DNA of 64,000 bases. Source: Camelus dromedarius (Eukaryota). A program made the position numbers and the translations under genes. Of this stretch, positions 24,255 through 37,177 are shown one piece after another. The stretch lies in contig NC_087437.1 in NCBI RefSeq assembly GCF_036321535.1, positions 120,590,001 through 120,654,000 of the forward strand, in the 5' to 3' direction. How positions within the stretch are numbered: position 1 is the stretch's first letter; every line of letters begins with the position of its first letter. The notes beneath the pieces are model-generated. The model was given only the letters and a program-made list of their open reading frames with translations, did not search any database and had not been told where the DNA came from.

Positions 24255-24400
24255 TGTCCAGTGAGTACCTGCCCTGTGCCAGGCCCTGTGCTGAACACAG
24301 AACGCACATCAACTCCTTAAGCCCTATGACCCACCCAGGCAGCTGCCCTCATCACCCCACCCTACAGACCAGGAGACTGAGGCCTAAGAGGGTGAGTGCT
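24255..24400 (-). mobile_element. MIR SINE
   Basis: GAGTACCTGCCCTGTGCCAGGCCCTGTGCT...GAGACTGAGGCCTAAGAGGG core. Confidence 0.6.
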
Positions 24401-25549
24401 GTGTGGGAGCCCCCCCCACTTCCAGCAGGTGAACGTGGGCCAGGGATGGACCCCTGCGTGGCTCCCACTGTGGGCACAGCTGGTGTCCAGGAGGGTCAGG
24501 CCCCCACGGCCTCCCTGAACTGCTTCCATCTCCTGGGGAGGGAGTCCCACGCTGCAGGCTGGACCCTTTAGTCTTGTAGTCCGAGGAGGAACCGGACAGT
24601 GATGGCATCTGCCCTGCCTCGCGGATGGGGTGGCATTTGAGATGGGCAATGTGTGCTCACTGGGAAAGCCACAGGAGCGGGAGTGGGACTGTCTGTCACC
24701 AACCTGCCCTGGGCAGGGGTCGTAGGTGACCCCACAGCTGACCTGTCTGTCCACTGCTGCCGAGGGCTGGCAGGCGCTGGGGGCTCAGGGCTGGGCTGGG
24801 ACCTAATGGCAGCTCTGATCTATCCCCTTTCTGATGCTCCCAGCAGAGTGGGGTTAGGACACACGCTGTCAGGACGTAAGGATGCCACCTCAGGTGAAAA
24901 AGAAGCAGGTGGAGGTTTTGAGACCTACATGGCCCAAGCTTGCAGCGTCCCGTGGACATGAGGACCCAGGTGTTTCTGCCTCCTGGTGCTGCCCTGGCTG
25001 GAGACTGTTCCAGCCGGTGCAGCTCAGCACACCTGCTGGGAAAGCCCTGTGTTTTTCACTCCTCAGAAGCCAGATGGACCCCCACCCAAAATTCATTTCC
25101 AAAATGGAGACTAATGGCACTGCAGTGCACCCATGGGGGCCAGAAGGTTTACTTCTCCTGGGCCTGGGCTTTGGGGGGAGAGTGAGGGTGGGTTCCTGAG
25201 CAGGTCTGAACACACCCTCAGAGCCGGGGAGGTGCTGGCTGGGGTCTCGCTGCATGTGGGGTTCGGCTTGGGGAGGGTTCTCCTGGCTGGTGGGCTTCAT
25301 GCTTCCATCCTGCACCCAGGGAGGGAGCCCCTCTCGCCCAAATGTGGGGCACAGGGGGCAGCAGGAGGGGTGGGCGTGGAATCAGGCTGAGTCAGGCCCC
25401 AAGCATGGACACTGCTGCTGCCAGAGCCCAGGGACAGTGCCCTGGCCCCACGGGACCTGGGGGTCCACCATACTTTTTGTGTTTCAGGCCAAACCATTCG
25501 CTTTCTGCCGTCTGCGACTTGCTTCTTTTTTAAAGGTCTTTTGAAAAAT

Positions 25550-26195
25550 GTTAACAGAAATGCATGGCAGCCCGTGTGGAAAATGGTACTGCACTTCCTC
25601 ACGGAATTAAACATAGAATTCCCACGTGATCCAGCAGCCCCGCTTCTGGGCATAAACTCAAAAGAAGTGAAAGCAGGGTCTCAAACAGAGATTTGCACAC
25701 CCATGTCCACATCAGTGTTACTCACAACAGCCAAGGGGTGAAAACAACCTAAGAGTCCACGGATGGACGGATNNNNNNNNNNNNNNNNNNNNNNNNNNNN
25801 NNNNNNNNNNNNNNNNNNNNNNNNNNNNNNNNNNNNNNNNNNNNNNNNNNNNNNNNNNNNNNNNNNNNNNNNNNNNNNNNNNNNNNNNNNNNNNNNNNNN
25901 NNNNNNNNNNNNNNNNNNNGATCACTTACATCAGGTCCCTGGAGGAGACAGACTCACGGAGACAGAAAGCAGGGAGTGGAGGGCCAGGGGCCGGGGGAGG
26001 GAGGAGGAGTGAGTGTTTAATGGGGACAGAGTGTCTGTTGGGAAGATGGAAATTCTGGAGACGATGGTGGTGATGGTTGCCCAACAGCGTGAATGGACTG
26101 AGTGCCACTGGCTGCACTCAGCTCCCAGTGGGTAGAATGGTAAATGTCGTTAGTGGTAAATGTCGTGTTACGGATGTTTTACTCCAATGATAAAG
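25550..26195 (+). mobile_element. L1MB 3' end containing an N-run
   Basis: AATTAAACATAGAATTCCCACGTGATCCAGCA...GAGACAGAAAGCAG...TTTAATGGGGACAGAG...GTGGTGATGGTTGC. Confidence 0.85.
25773..25919. other. Assembly gap (147 N)
   Basis: N-run. Confidence 1.
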
Positions 26196-27449
26196 AAGAA
26201 ATCAAAAAAGTCAGCAGGAGTGTGGGAAAGTTTTCCATCTCCAGATCTGCAGGGCTCATTATGACCCCCACCCCACTAGCCTGCAGGGAGGCCTGTGAGC
26301 TCCGGCTCCTGCCCACAGTCACAGCGCGAAGTGACGCTGCCAGGCTTTGGGTGCAGCCTGTCTGGGGGAGGGGCGCCTCTGCCCTGCCCGCGGAGTCTCG
26401 GTGTCCTCCGGATGGAACTGACCCTGGAACCTCCCAGGGTTTCTGGCTCCCTGGGGATGGGTTCTGGGAGCCGGTCTAGAGAGAACATGTCTTCCTTAGG
26501 GTGCTGATGGGTGGGGCCATCCCTCTGGATTATGACACAGGCACGAGGACTGATGCAGGCCTCAAAAGGGGTAGAGGAAATGGAACTTCTGATTCCTGAC
26601 GTCGGCGCCTCCATTCCGTCGTTTAATTTAAGGTTCACAGGGTGCTTTCCTGCCCGGCCCGGTCCCTTCCCTGTCCCCAGGCCCTGGGGACACACCGCCC
26701 TGGGCGTGCTCCCTAGGATGGCTGCAGCGTGAGCGCCACGTGGCCCCTGGGGAAGCTCTGCATGCACAAAAGCCACACTGTCTGTGTAACTGCCAGGTAA
26801 ACACGTCTCCTCCGCACACGCCTGGGGCCGCTGGCCCGCCTTCCAGGCAAAGGATGGCCCGTGCGGCCGTGCGGACAGCAGCCCGGGACCCACAGTCTTG
26901 GACAGGGCACAGCCTTGCAAGTCGGCGCAGGGAACATTTGGCAGCTGAGGGGCAGACACACAGCCAAGATGGCCTCACTGTGGCCTCAGGGTCAAGGAAT
27001 CCGAATGATGTGACCGGGGCACAGCTGGTCACCTGGAAGAGGGCCACCGGGAGGGTGGAGGACCGGGGACAGGAGCCCTGACCCTGGTTCATCGTGACCC
27101 AGCAGCTTCAGCCCTTTCCGTGTGTTGGGTGTCACCCTGGGTGACTCATTTTCTGCAGCGGGAAGGGGGGTGTGCAAGGTCCTGACGACCGGAGAGGACG
27201 GTGCCTCTAACCCCCGAAGTATCTGAGTCACAGTGGCCACCTCGGGTCTGACCTTGGAGGATGCCTCTGGACGCCACCGAGGCCACTGTTAGCCCGTTAA
27301 CCACAGGTTCGTGTCGGACACCTGCTCTGATCGCCCCACATGGCCCGGCGTCTGTCCTGCCCACCTGACCCCTCCCGGCCACACCTGGCCCAGCACGTCA
27401 GCCTCTCTGTTCTTCACCTGCTGCCTGAGCCTCCTCCCCACTCAGGCTG

Positions 27450-27940
27450 CTGCTGGCCAGCTGGGCTGGGTGACAAACGACACAAGTGTGGTCACTTCCC
27501 AGGTTCTGTGGTCTGGGGCCCAGGGTCTCCAGAGCTGAGGTCTAGGTGCGGGCTGGCAGCCTTCTAATCCAGACCCCGGGCTCCCTCCAAGCTCACGTGG
27601 CTGTTGGCGGAGTTCAGCTTCCCCGGAGGCCACTCAAAGCACCTGCCATGGGCCCCACCCTCTTCAAACGCAGCCACAGAGCATCTGGCCCCTGTCAAGT
27701 CCCTCTCATTCTTCGGGACTCTCTGGTTCTCTGCTCTGGCCTCTGGATCCAGATTCAAAGGCCCCTGTGCTCAGATTGGATGGTCTCCCCATCTTAAGGT
27801 CGATGGTTGGGGCCTCAGTTACACCTGCAGGGACCCCTCCAAGCAGCACCCGGGTGGGTCTTGGATGGAGTAGCCGGGAGGAAGGGAAGGCACCCCAGGA
27901 GTGAGCATCTCGGGGCTCATCTCAGAATCCTGCTGCCACA
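27450..27940 (-). mobile_element. MLT1E-like MaLR LTR
   Basis: CCAAGCTCAC...CTTCAAACGCAGC...TTAAGGTC...TTACACCTGCA...CAGAATCCTGCTGCCACA. Confidence 0.55.
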
Positions 27941-28204
27941 CCGTGCACAGTGGCTGCTCTGTGGACACTTGCTGAGCAGGTGCGAGAAGGCAGAGGCGGC
28001 CGTGACTGGGAACAGTGGGATCTGAGGTCCGTCTGCCTTCTGCAGACACAGTGGGGCCGGGAGTGGGGTCTCCCAGGCTCGTGGCTGCCCAGTAGGGAGC
28101 GGGGCTGGGGGTGCAGTGGAGTTCATGTCCATTTTCTGTTTTACCCTGTGAAGGACCACTGCTCTCCCACTGCAGAGGAAGGGGCCGCAGCTTGGGGGAG
28201 AGGG

Positions 28205-28475
28205 CTTGCCCAGCTGCCAGAGGTGACGCAAGCTGGCTGGCGTCAAATGACAGAAATGCTTCCTCAGGGTGCTAGAGGCCAGATGTTCAAAATCCAGGTG
28301 TGTGCCAGGCCGCACTCCCTCCAGAAGCTCCGGGGAGAATCTGTCCTTCCCTCATCCAGCTTCCGTGGTCCAGGGCTCCTGACTTGTGGCTGCATCTCTC
28401 CAGGCTTGCCTCTGCCTTCCCGCAGAGGCCGGCTTCCCTCTGCGTCGGTGTCCTTTCTTCTGTCTCTTATACTCT
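28205..28475 (-). mobile_element. MLT1C/D-like MaLR LTR fragment
   Basis: CAGAAATGCTT...GAAGCTCCGGGGAGAATCTG...CTTGTGGCTGCATC...TCTCTTATA. Confidence 0.65.
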
Positions 28476-29399
28476 TGGCAGGAGCTGCCCACCAGAACCG
28501 CACACCCAGGACTCAGTTAACACTGGCCCGCCCCCAGCAGCCCGAGGCCAAGTCCCAGGACCCTGCCCCTGCGAGCGCCTGCTTGCAGAAGTGAGAGTTT
28601 AGTGTCCCCACCAGCGCGTGGCCACAGGCTCGACCTCCTGCCTCAGTGCACTTACTAGGGGTCCACGTTGCGGCTCCTCCTCGTGAGACGTGTGTGTGTT
28701 TGCGCATGTCTAACTCTCAGGCACCTGAAGGCCCTTTCTCTGTCGTCAGCAGGAAGGACAGGGCTCTGTGACCCTGTCTCGGGGGACGGTCGAACCCTGA
28801 CTTGACCCCGCAGCCAGCAGGCATGTGATCACACTCCCGCGGCCCACCCCCGCCCCTCACCCGGGGAAGTTGTCCTGTCCCCGCTGGCCCCCTCCCTCAT
28901 CCTCCCTTTAAAACACCCTCCGTGTCCGCTGCACAATCCGAGCGGAGCTCAGCCTCTGCAGCACGTACTGAGGAACGCAGCTCTCACCGCTGCAACCAGC
29001 GTCTGGCTTTATTTGTGATGGAATTTTTTTTTACAGTAATCAGGTTTTACTGTCATCAACAAAACCAAAATATTTCCATCATAAAAAAATTAATGTTTTA
29101 CTCTTTAGGGGTTTAAAACTCAAGCCTTTTTGTGGATTCTTGGGGGGAAATGTGTGAACAACGCCCTGGGCACAACAGGGGAGCCCGTTCCCGGGAAAGC
29201 AAGTAAACACCCGCCGCGTCTCCCGGACTGCGGCTGCGGCGCCTGTCCCGCAGGCCTCCCACTGCACAAGGCATCCGAGGGGCCTGGAACTCAGCCTGGA
29301 GGTGGCGTGGCGGCGGGCACAGCTGACCTCGCACAGCCATGTAGGTGGTAGGTCGGTAGTCCAGGCTCTGCAGGGACTCGGGGAGAGAGGAATGGGGAG

Positions 29400-29527
29400 G
29401 GAGGGACGGCTTGATGAAAAGTTCTGGAAGTGGACAGTGGTAAGTCGCGAATGCTCCCAATGCCACTGAGCTGTCCACTTCAAATCGATTAGGACGGTGA
29501 ATTGCATGGTACATGTACTTCACCAGT
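29400..29527 (+). mobile_element. L1MB terminal fragment
   Basis: GATGAAAAGTTCTGGAAGTGGACAGTGGT...AATGCCACTGAGCTGTCCACTT. Confidence 0.7.
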
Positions 29528-30219
29528 TTTCCCCGTAGGGAATGGAGTGGGTCTGCCAGCACTGGAGTTAGAACCGTGCGCCTCCCTCTCTCTCCCGAGA
29601 GGCACGCCAGTCATCCTGCCCCGTCCTTCCCGTCCCGTGTGCAGTGAGGCCAGGCAGGGGCGGGGCTGCTTTGCGGCTTTCCCTCCGGCCCCCAGGTGGC
29701 AGGGGCTGTGCCTCCGCGAGGGGGAGGAGCCCTTCTTGGATTCTCTCCCCAGGTGCCAGAAGCCGCCACAGGGGCCTCGCTCAGTGTTTGCAGGTGAGAC
29801 CCTCTCCCTGTGGGTGTGGATTTGCCCCTTGGGGACTCTGCCTGCAGCTATATTTGGGGCTCCCTGGAGCATGAAGATCTTCGTCCGCCATCATCTGCAG
29901 GATGTTGGTGGCTGGTGCGGATTTGAATCCATGACTGTTGCTTGAGACCCTCCCGAGAGCTGGATCAGGGTGGGTCCCGCCTTTCTGAAACTCCAGTCAA
30001 ACGGTGTGAGCCGTGGGGGAGTGAGAACTCGCACAAACAGCTACCATGTGCCCCAGGGAGGGAGGCCTCCCGAAGGGATAACCCCCCAGCAGCTATGCAG
30101 TTACAAGTGCCCCGAGCGCAGAGGGAGGGGAAAGAGAGGTGTGCGTGTTTGTGGAAAATGTGTTCCCTGTAAAAGCACCGAGTCCTGGTGTCAGAGACCC
30201 AGGAGCTGCCTCTCACTAG

Positions 30220-30335
30220 TTGCAAGACTTCAGGCAAGTTGTGTGTGTTCTTTGAGCCTCAGTTTCCTTAACTGTAAAATGGGAGAATGATTGTAATAAA
30301 CAAATAATTCCTACTCATGGAGTGTTTATGAGAGG
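30220..30335 (+). mobile_element. MIR SINE
   Basis: GAGCCTCAGTTTCCTTAACTGTAAAATGGGA core. Confidence 0.8.
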
Positions 30336-32270
30336 CGCATGCTCATGACCATCTCACTGGGCCCACGTGTCCGGATAAACGGTCCTGTCCTCCCACGGGA
30401 TGGGCCCCTGCATGTGGGAGGCACCTCAGGGCCCCCTCCCCAGCCGGGGAGCCCCTGAGCCTCCTGCTGTCACAGAGCACAGGCAGGACCTTGCGGGAGG
30501 GGGATGCTGGCCAGTCACCGGCGGGGAGGGGCTCCTTGGCGGCCTGGGCAGCCTCTCGTCTTACAGACGGGACTGAGACCCCCCACGCCACTGTCATGTG
30601 TCCTCCAAGGACCCTCAAAATGAGTTCTTGCCAATTCAACTCCGGGAGAAAAATGGTTTTTTTCCTCGTTAGATATACGGGTTTCCCTTACGTAGTTAGA
30701 AAGCAAAAATCCGTTAACCTAAGGCCCAGCACTTCAGGCAGAGCCTGGTGCTCCCTTGGCCACACGCACTTTCTGTCTGTGCTTTTCTAGTGCTTTTTGT
30801 TTTTATGGTTGCTGGCCTTCGAAAATGCTGTGGTTTTAAAAGGACTAATTCTTCATTATCAAAGTGATCCAGAAATGCAGTCTCCCTGTAAAAGTTTAAA
30901 CATGGAAAAGGGCAGCTCAGGGAGCTCCCGTGTTGGTGACTGTGTCTGCGTGCCAGGCGGGGCGTCGCACCCAGCTCCTCGGGGACAGGAACTCCATGCT
31001 CAGGGCCCTCGGGCCTTGTCTGTGCGCTTTTTCATCTGAGTGTTCACTTGTGCCCTTTGTGATACGGTGGGAAACATGGAAAAGCCCCAACAATTACAGA
31101 GAAAGGTTCAAGTCCGTCTATCGCCCCCAACCCTGGCCTCTTTCTCCAGTGTTTGAGAGCTGGGGTGGATCTTTCCAGATCTTTCTCTAAGGGTTGCTAT
31201 AAGGTGGCTGTGTTCATACTGTGCCTGTGGTTTCTGCAGGTGTCCCCCCCATAAATGGCGTCATATATACAGCACGCGTCACTGGGGTATTTGTTTTGTG
31301 TATCCAGCTCCACGCATTGGAGATCTTTTGAAATGTCAAATATCAGATGCTGTTTGGAGCAACGCCGACAGATTTAATCCAGAGTCAAAGCCCCTCCTCG
31401 ATCGGTCTTCTGCCCGCTGCCCTGTCTCTGTTAGCAGACAGGGACGGGGTGACGTAACCCAGCCAGCGTTTCTATTTTGCCCGTCGCCTTGTGTGCATTC
31501 CTGGGGGATCATGCTCTCTGAGGACCGGAACTGTCCCCAAGTCCATAACTTTCTTGGTCTTTAAGAGAAACATTCGCTGGAAAGCAGCAGCAGGCTTTGT
31601 GAAATTCATAGCTGAGCTCAAAGGGCCACCATCCAGCCGCGTGGGTGTCCCTCCTGGGCCCAAGTCAGTGCCGCAGGGCGAGCCTGCGCACATTACCTGT
31701 GTCAGAGGCTGACTCTGGACGCCCACATGTGGACTGTGAGCAAACAGGCGGTACCCAGAGAACTGGCCCCCGGCAAGGCAGGGCCCTGGGGGCTGCAGAG
31801 ATCTGAGGCTTGAGGAGCCCTCGGAGAGTATTGGATGCAGGTGGGGGCTGGACCAGTGGAGGCGGCAGGAAGTCCTCTCACCCCAGTGGGGACAGTGCCA
31901 GCGTCTGGGGAGGTCAGCGGGGACAGAGAGGAGGGTGAGACCAGGGGTGAGAACCTCTCCAGAGAAGCACAATAAAAAGGTTCTGTCCTGAGAGTCAGCT
32001 GGCCTGGGTCCCTGTTCTGGGACGGGTGTGGGTGGGCCTGCGAGCTGGGTGCCCCCAGCCCCTCCCCTGGCCGAGGACTGCTTCAGCTGCCTGGCCCGGA
32101 GGTCCAGAGCGGAGGCACTGCCGAGTGACCATCTCGCAGACCCCGTGACCCTGGAGTTTTGTGTCCTGCGTGTGCTTGTCACCGCCGACAAGCACAGAGA
32201 TGGGCCGTGGATGAGGAGCCCGGGGCCTGGGGTGAGGCTCACTCAGGTTGTGTCTACAATTGTCAGGAGC

Positions 32271-32690
32271 TGTGGGTTGAACTGTGTCCCAAAAAGAGAC
32301 GTATTGAAGTCCTGACCTCTACTTGTGACTGGGACCTTATTTGGAAACTGGATCATTGCAGATGTAAGAGTTCAGATGAGGTCACCCTGGAGCCAGGGGC
32401 CTAATTCAAGATGGGGTCCTTCAGTGGAGGCCGTGCGAAGGCCCAGACCCAGGGAGGAGCCCCATGATGACTGGAGCAGGGCCTGGAGTGATGTGGCCAC
32501 GAGCCAGGGGACCTCTGGATTCCCCAGAGCTGGGAGAGGCGGGGAGGACCCGCCTCTGAAGCCTCTGGCAGGAGTGCAGCCCTGCGACACCTTGGCTCCA
32601 GACTGTAGCCCCAGAGCTGGGAGAGGATGGAGCTCTGTTCTCAGCCCCTGTTGGTGGTGCTTTGTCACAGCTGCCCCAGGACACTCATAC
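32271..32690 (+). mobile_element. MLT1A/B/C MaLR solo LTR
   Basis: TGTGGGTTGAACTGTGTCCC...CTTATTTGGAAA...CATTGCAGATGTAA...GACACCTTG...TTTGTCACAGC. Confidence 0.85.
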
Positions 32691-33873
32691 CTCAGCTAAC
32701 TAGTGTCAGGAAGCAGCTTTCCTGGCTTGTCCGGACCCGTCCCCACCCCCTAGACGCCCCTGGAATGTGGAAGCTCTGCACAGGCACATCCGTAAACCTG
32801 TCCTCTTGCCCCAAGGCCACCACAGCCAAACAGACTGCACTGGAGGCAGCCAAGGAAACAGGTAGCCAGCAGTGTAGACACAGACCCGTTTCCAAAAGAA
32901 CCCAGGGCTCTGGGCAGGAAGCCTCCCTGTTGGTGACCTTCTCGGGCCTCGGGAGGCCCAGGCTCCGCAGACCCAGCTCCCTTCCTGCTCCTGCAGCTGC
33001 TGCAGCCTGGCGCTCACATTGCTCAGCTCCAATGGAAAGGACAGATCAACCCTTTGTCTACACTGGGGGCCACAGTCGTTCCCTTCTGGTCCATCTACGC
33101 CAGGCCACTGACCCCGTGCCCTGGGCCTTCTCAAGCTGGGTCCTGGCCCCCAGCACCAAGCTGAGGCCTTGCTAGGTCACATGTGTCTTGTCAGGAAACT
33201 TTCAATGGCCTGGAGTTGAGTGCCTCTCGGTCCCCACATCACCACAAGGTCAGCTGGGGGCTGCAGAGGTGGGACAGGCCCCTCGGAAGCTCCCAAGTTG
33301 GTGCCAAGGCTGCAGGCCCTAGGGGCGGCCCTGGGAGGGGGTCAGGGGCCGGGGGGGAGGGGAGGGCAGAGGCAAGTTGAAGCTGAGGCCGGGGGGGCCT
33401 CTGCCAGGAGCTGCATCCTAGCTGGGCGGCGGGCAGCCTGGGGGGAGGGGCTTATTCAGCTGTCTTCACCTCTGAGCCTGGAACCCTGGCGTCTTCCTTC
33501 CTGAAACAGACCCCACGTGGAACACACAGGTCAACCTCCCACGGGGCTTTGGTGGGACCCGAGGGCCGTGACCCCGATACCCTAGGATGTGTGAGTTGTC
33601 CTGACCTTGAGCGGACATCAGGCACAGCTGCCTCAGGATGTGCACTCTCACTCACCTCCAGAAACCAGCCCTTCCGACGCCTCAGGTCCCTTGATGTCAT
33701 GATACACACACACACGGGAGGTGACAGCGGGGCCTCGTCACTTTATCAGAACATTCTCACGTCAAGCCTGGAAGTGGTGCAGCCAGAGAGAAAGGCCGAC
33801 TGGACACTTCCGCACCGCGAGCCTGCTCGGGCTTCACAGGCGGCATTCATCTCTCTGAAGATAATGACGTTAT

Positions 33874-34003
33874 GGCGGAGGGTGAGGCTCAGTGGTAGAG
33901 CACGTGCTTAGCGTGCACGAGGGCCTGGGTTCAATCCCCAGTGCCTCCATTAGAAGAAGAAATTTTTTTAAAAATTAAAAAAAAAAAGAAAAGAAAAGAA
34001 AAG
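33874..34003 (+). mobile_element. Vic-1-type camelid SINE with TSD
   Basis: GCTCAGTGGTAGAGC...GGGTTCAATCCCCAG, an A/(GAAAA)n tail, and flanking duplication AATGACGTT / AATGATGTT. Confidence 0.9.
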
Positions 34004-34638
34004 AATGATGTTGGTTCTCTTTCTCTCACCTTTGGAGACAGCCTGCATTCTGTCCACGGAGTGCGTGTCTCCCTGAATAAACAGACTTTCGTTATAAACA
34101 AACAAACAGAAGTAATGATGTTCATGAGAGCAAATGCTACACGGATATCTGTAATTTTATTTCGCTACAGGCAGTTTGTAAATTGTGTTCTAAGCTCTGT
34201 AAAACAAGCACCGTTTTCACATCAGATTCCGTAATAAAATGAGACCTGTACCCCCACAGGGGCAACACTCCAGGGCCGCGTGAAGCTCTGGGGCAGGAGG
34301 CCAGGGCAGGGCAGCGCCGAGTCAGGGAACGGCCCCACCAGGCAGGGGGGCTGGCCGCTACCTGCTCACAGCAGAGCCGGGTGCGGGGGTGGGGGGGGGA
34401 GGAGGCCGCGAGCCCCAGCGGGGCTGGGGGCATCTGTCCAGCCTGGGCCCGGGCCCGGGGGCGGAGCCCGTTCTCAGCAGGCAGCATGCTCCTCGTACTC
34501 AGCTCCGGGCCGGAAGGTCTAAACGCCCAGCCTTGATCACTTCTACACGTCGGAGTCCTGTACCTCTCCGTGGTGGAAGGAGGGAGGCCTGGGTGTGGCC
34601 TCCATCTAGATGCCAGTGTGAAGGCGGGTGTCACTGGA

Positions 34639-35087
34639 TGTGATGGGTTGACCTGCGTCCTCTCACAACTCGTATGTAGGAGTCTTACCCCCGGTTCCTC
34701 ACAACGTGGCCTTGTTTGGAAACAGGGTCATTGCAGACGTTCTTAGTTAAGATGAGGTCATCTGGAATATGGTGTCTTTACAAAAAGGGGACATTTGGAC
34801 ACAGAGGGAAGAATATGCACACAGACAACCCCACGTGAAGATGGAGGCAGAGGTTGCGGGGTGCCTCCACAAGCGTCCCCGAGGATGCCAGCAACAACCC
34901 CCCACCCCCACCCCCGAAGCTGGGGGAGGGGCTGGGAACAATCCTTCCCAAGCATCTCCAGAGGGAACCAGCCATGCCGACACCTTGATCTCAGACTTCT
35001 GGCCTCCGGACGGCGAGGGAATAAAGTTTTGCTGTCTCTGCACGCCAGTCTATGGTATTTGCTTGCAGCAGCCGTGGGACACACACG
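34639..35087 (+). mobile_element. MLT1A/B MaLR solo LTR
   Basis: TGTGATGGGTTGA...TTTGGAAACAGGGTCATTGCAGA...GTGAAGATGGAGGCAGAG...TCAGACTTCTGGCCTCC. Confidence 0.85.
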
Positions 35088-35267
35088 CGGGCTTGGCTGG
35101 GGGCTCAGGGTCTGAGCTGGGCTGAGTGTGGCTATCTGTGATCACAAAGAAACCATCATGTTCGGTACAGGAAGAGAAAGGATGGCCATTTCTGTCTTCC
35201 TGTGCAGCCTTGCAACCTAGGAGACTGGATTTATCTTTATTTATTTTGTTAAGCTAGAGCTCTAGAG

Positions 35268-35445
35268 CAGAGGCTCTCAGAGCTCAAGCATGCATTGTGT
35301 CCTTGGAAGGCTCGTTACAATGCAGGTGGCTGGGCCCTGTCCCAGAGCTTCTGATTCAGCAGGTCTGGGACAAGGTTGGAGAACTGCTTAATGCCCAGTT
35401 CTTGTGTCAGGGCTGGTCTGGGGTCCACCTTTTTAGAACGATCAA
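35268..35445 (+). mobile_element. MER5A hAT-Charlie DNA transposon
   Basis: CAGAGGCTCTCA...GCTGGGCCC...TTCTGATTCAGCAGGTCTGGG...TTTAGAAC matches MER5A. Confidence 0.8.
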
Positions 35446-35659
35446 TGCATAAATAATTCAGATCATAAAAACAGTCCCTAAAAAAAAAAAAAAAAACCAC
35501 AGTCCCTGAGCTTCCATACTGAATGCTGAATGGAGGGAGGAGGGGCAGGTACAGTGCTCATCGACCTCGTCCCTGGTGTTGTCAACGCAGCTGATTTTAT
35601 TTCATGCTTATCCCACTCGAGGTGCCGTGTGAGGCCCTGTTGCTGCGATCTTTTTTGAT

Positions 35660-35805
35660 CTGCACAACACTTCTAAGAGGTAGGTGCTTTTATTGTCCCC
35701 ATTTGAAATGAGAAAACTAAGGCACAGAGAGGTTAAGAAACCTGCCTAAGGTCACACAGCTGTAAGTTACAAAGTCAGGACTCAAACCCAGGAGACTGGT
35801 CCAGA
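35660..35805 (-). mobile_element. MIR SINE
   Basis: CCCCATTTGAAATGAGAAAACTAAGGCACAGAGAGGTTAAG...AAGGTCACACAGC...GGACTCAAACCCAGG. Confidence 0.9.
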
Positions 35806-36364
35806 CGGGGTGGAACCAGGTCCTAACTTTCTCCGAGCACGTTTCCGAGGGGCACATGTTACTTCTTGCTGGAGCCAGGAGGGAGGAGAGACAGAGGGCG
35901 GAGGCTGCTGGGAGGAGCCGAGAGGAGGCTGGCCTGAGTTTGTGGCTGGCTCACCCTCTCCCCTCTCAGCCCATCTGGAGGGTGAGGGCTGTTTTCTTAT
36001 TTCAGAGGCCACCAGAAGCTCAGACCAGTATAATAGTGTTGATTATCTCAGTAAATAGATAGTAATTACTTACAATTTGCATTTCAATTTCTGTAAGAAG
36101 ATTGCTTCTAAATTGCTCTGAAAATCGTCTTTGAGTATTTTCAACATTCCCTCAGCAATTTGATTTACTCTATTAATTTGCAGCTGTAACACCGCATGGG
36201 AAAGTGCGTCTAACGCAGAAGCAAATCAGCCCAGGACCTCGGCAGATGACGACCAAGCCCCAGCATGTCCCTGATCACTGGTCCTGGGCTGGGTGTGCAG
36301 CAGGGAAGGGCCACGCTTTGGCCGGGGAGAGCAGCCTTGGGTCGCTCCAAAACTTTTCTGTGTT

Positions 36365-36790
36365 TATTTATTTATTTAAATTAAAAAAATTTTTTTTTAT
36401 CAAATTATAGTCAGTTTACAATGTTGTGTCAACTTCCAGTGTAGAGCACAATTTTTCAGTTATACATGAACATATATATATATTCATTGCCGTATTTTTT
36501 TTTGCTGTGAGCTACCACAGGATCTTGTATACATTTCCCTGTGCTACACAGTATAATCTTGTTTATCTATTCTGTATATGCCTGTCAGAATCTACAAATT
36601 TCGAACTCCCAGCCTGTCCCTTCCCACCCCCCGCCCCCTTGGCAACCACACGTTTGTATTCTATGTCTAGGAGTCTGTTTCTGTTTTGTATTTACGTTCT
36701 ATTTTTTTTTTTTTTTTTAGATTCCACGTATGAGTGATCTCATGTGGTATTTTTCTTTCTCTTTCTGGTTTACTTCATTCACTTAGAATG
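36365..36790 (-). mobile_element. Young camelid L1 3' end running into N-runs
   Basis: ATAGTCAGTTTACAATGTTGTGTCAA...TTAGATTCCACGTATGAGTGATCTCATGTGGTATTTTTC, with a T-rich tail on the left. Confidence 0.85.
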
Positions 36791-37177
36791 NNNNNNNNNN
36801 NNNNNNNNNNNNNNNNNNNNNNNNNNNNNNNNNNNNNNNNNNNNNNNNNNNNNNNNNNNNNNNNNNNNNNNNNNNNNNNNNNNNNNNNNNNNNNNNNNNN
36901 NNNNNNNNNNNNNNNNNNNNNNNNNNNNNNNNNNNNNNNNNNNNNNNNNNNNNNNNNNNNNNNNNNNNNNNNNNNNNNNNNNNNNAGTAGATTTCNNNNN
37001 NNNNNNNNNNNNNNNNNNNNNNNNNNNNNNNNNNNNNNNNNNNNNNNNNNNNNNNNNNNNNNNNNNNNNNNNNNNNNNNNNNNNNNNNNNNNNNNNNNNN
37101 NNNNNNNNNNNNNNNNNNNNNNNNNNNNNNNNNNNNNNNNNNNNNNNNNNNNNNNNNNNNNNNNNNNNNNNNNNNNN
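36791..37177. other. Assembly gaps (36791-36985 and 36996-37177) separated by a 10-bp island AGTAGATTTC
   Basis: N-runs. Confidence 1.

Noticed and set aside
29871-29945. MKIFV start resembling ubiquitin (MQIFV)
   Set aside because: Similarity stops after five codons.
33330-33365. G-quadruplex-forming G-run cluster
   Set aside because: Such runs are common throughout this GC-rich window and there is no context suggesting function.
34004-34073. C/D-box snoRNA-like ATGATG...CTGA segment
   Set aside because: The ATGATG is part of the SINE target-site duplication, box C is imperfect, and there is no terminal stem; the sequence resembles an LTR end.
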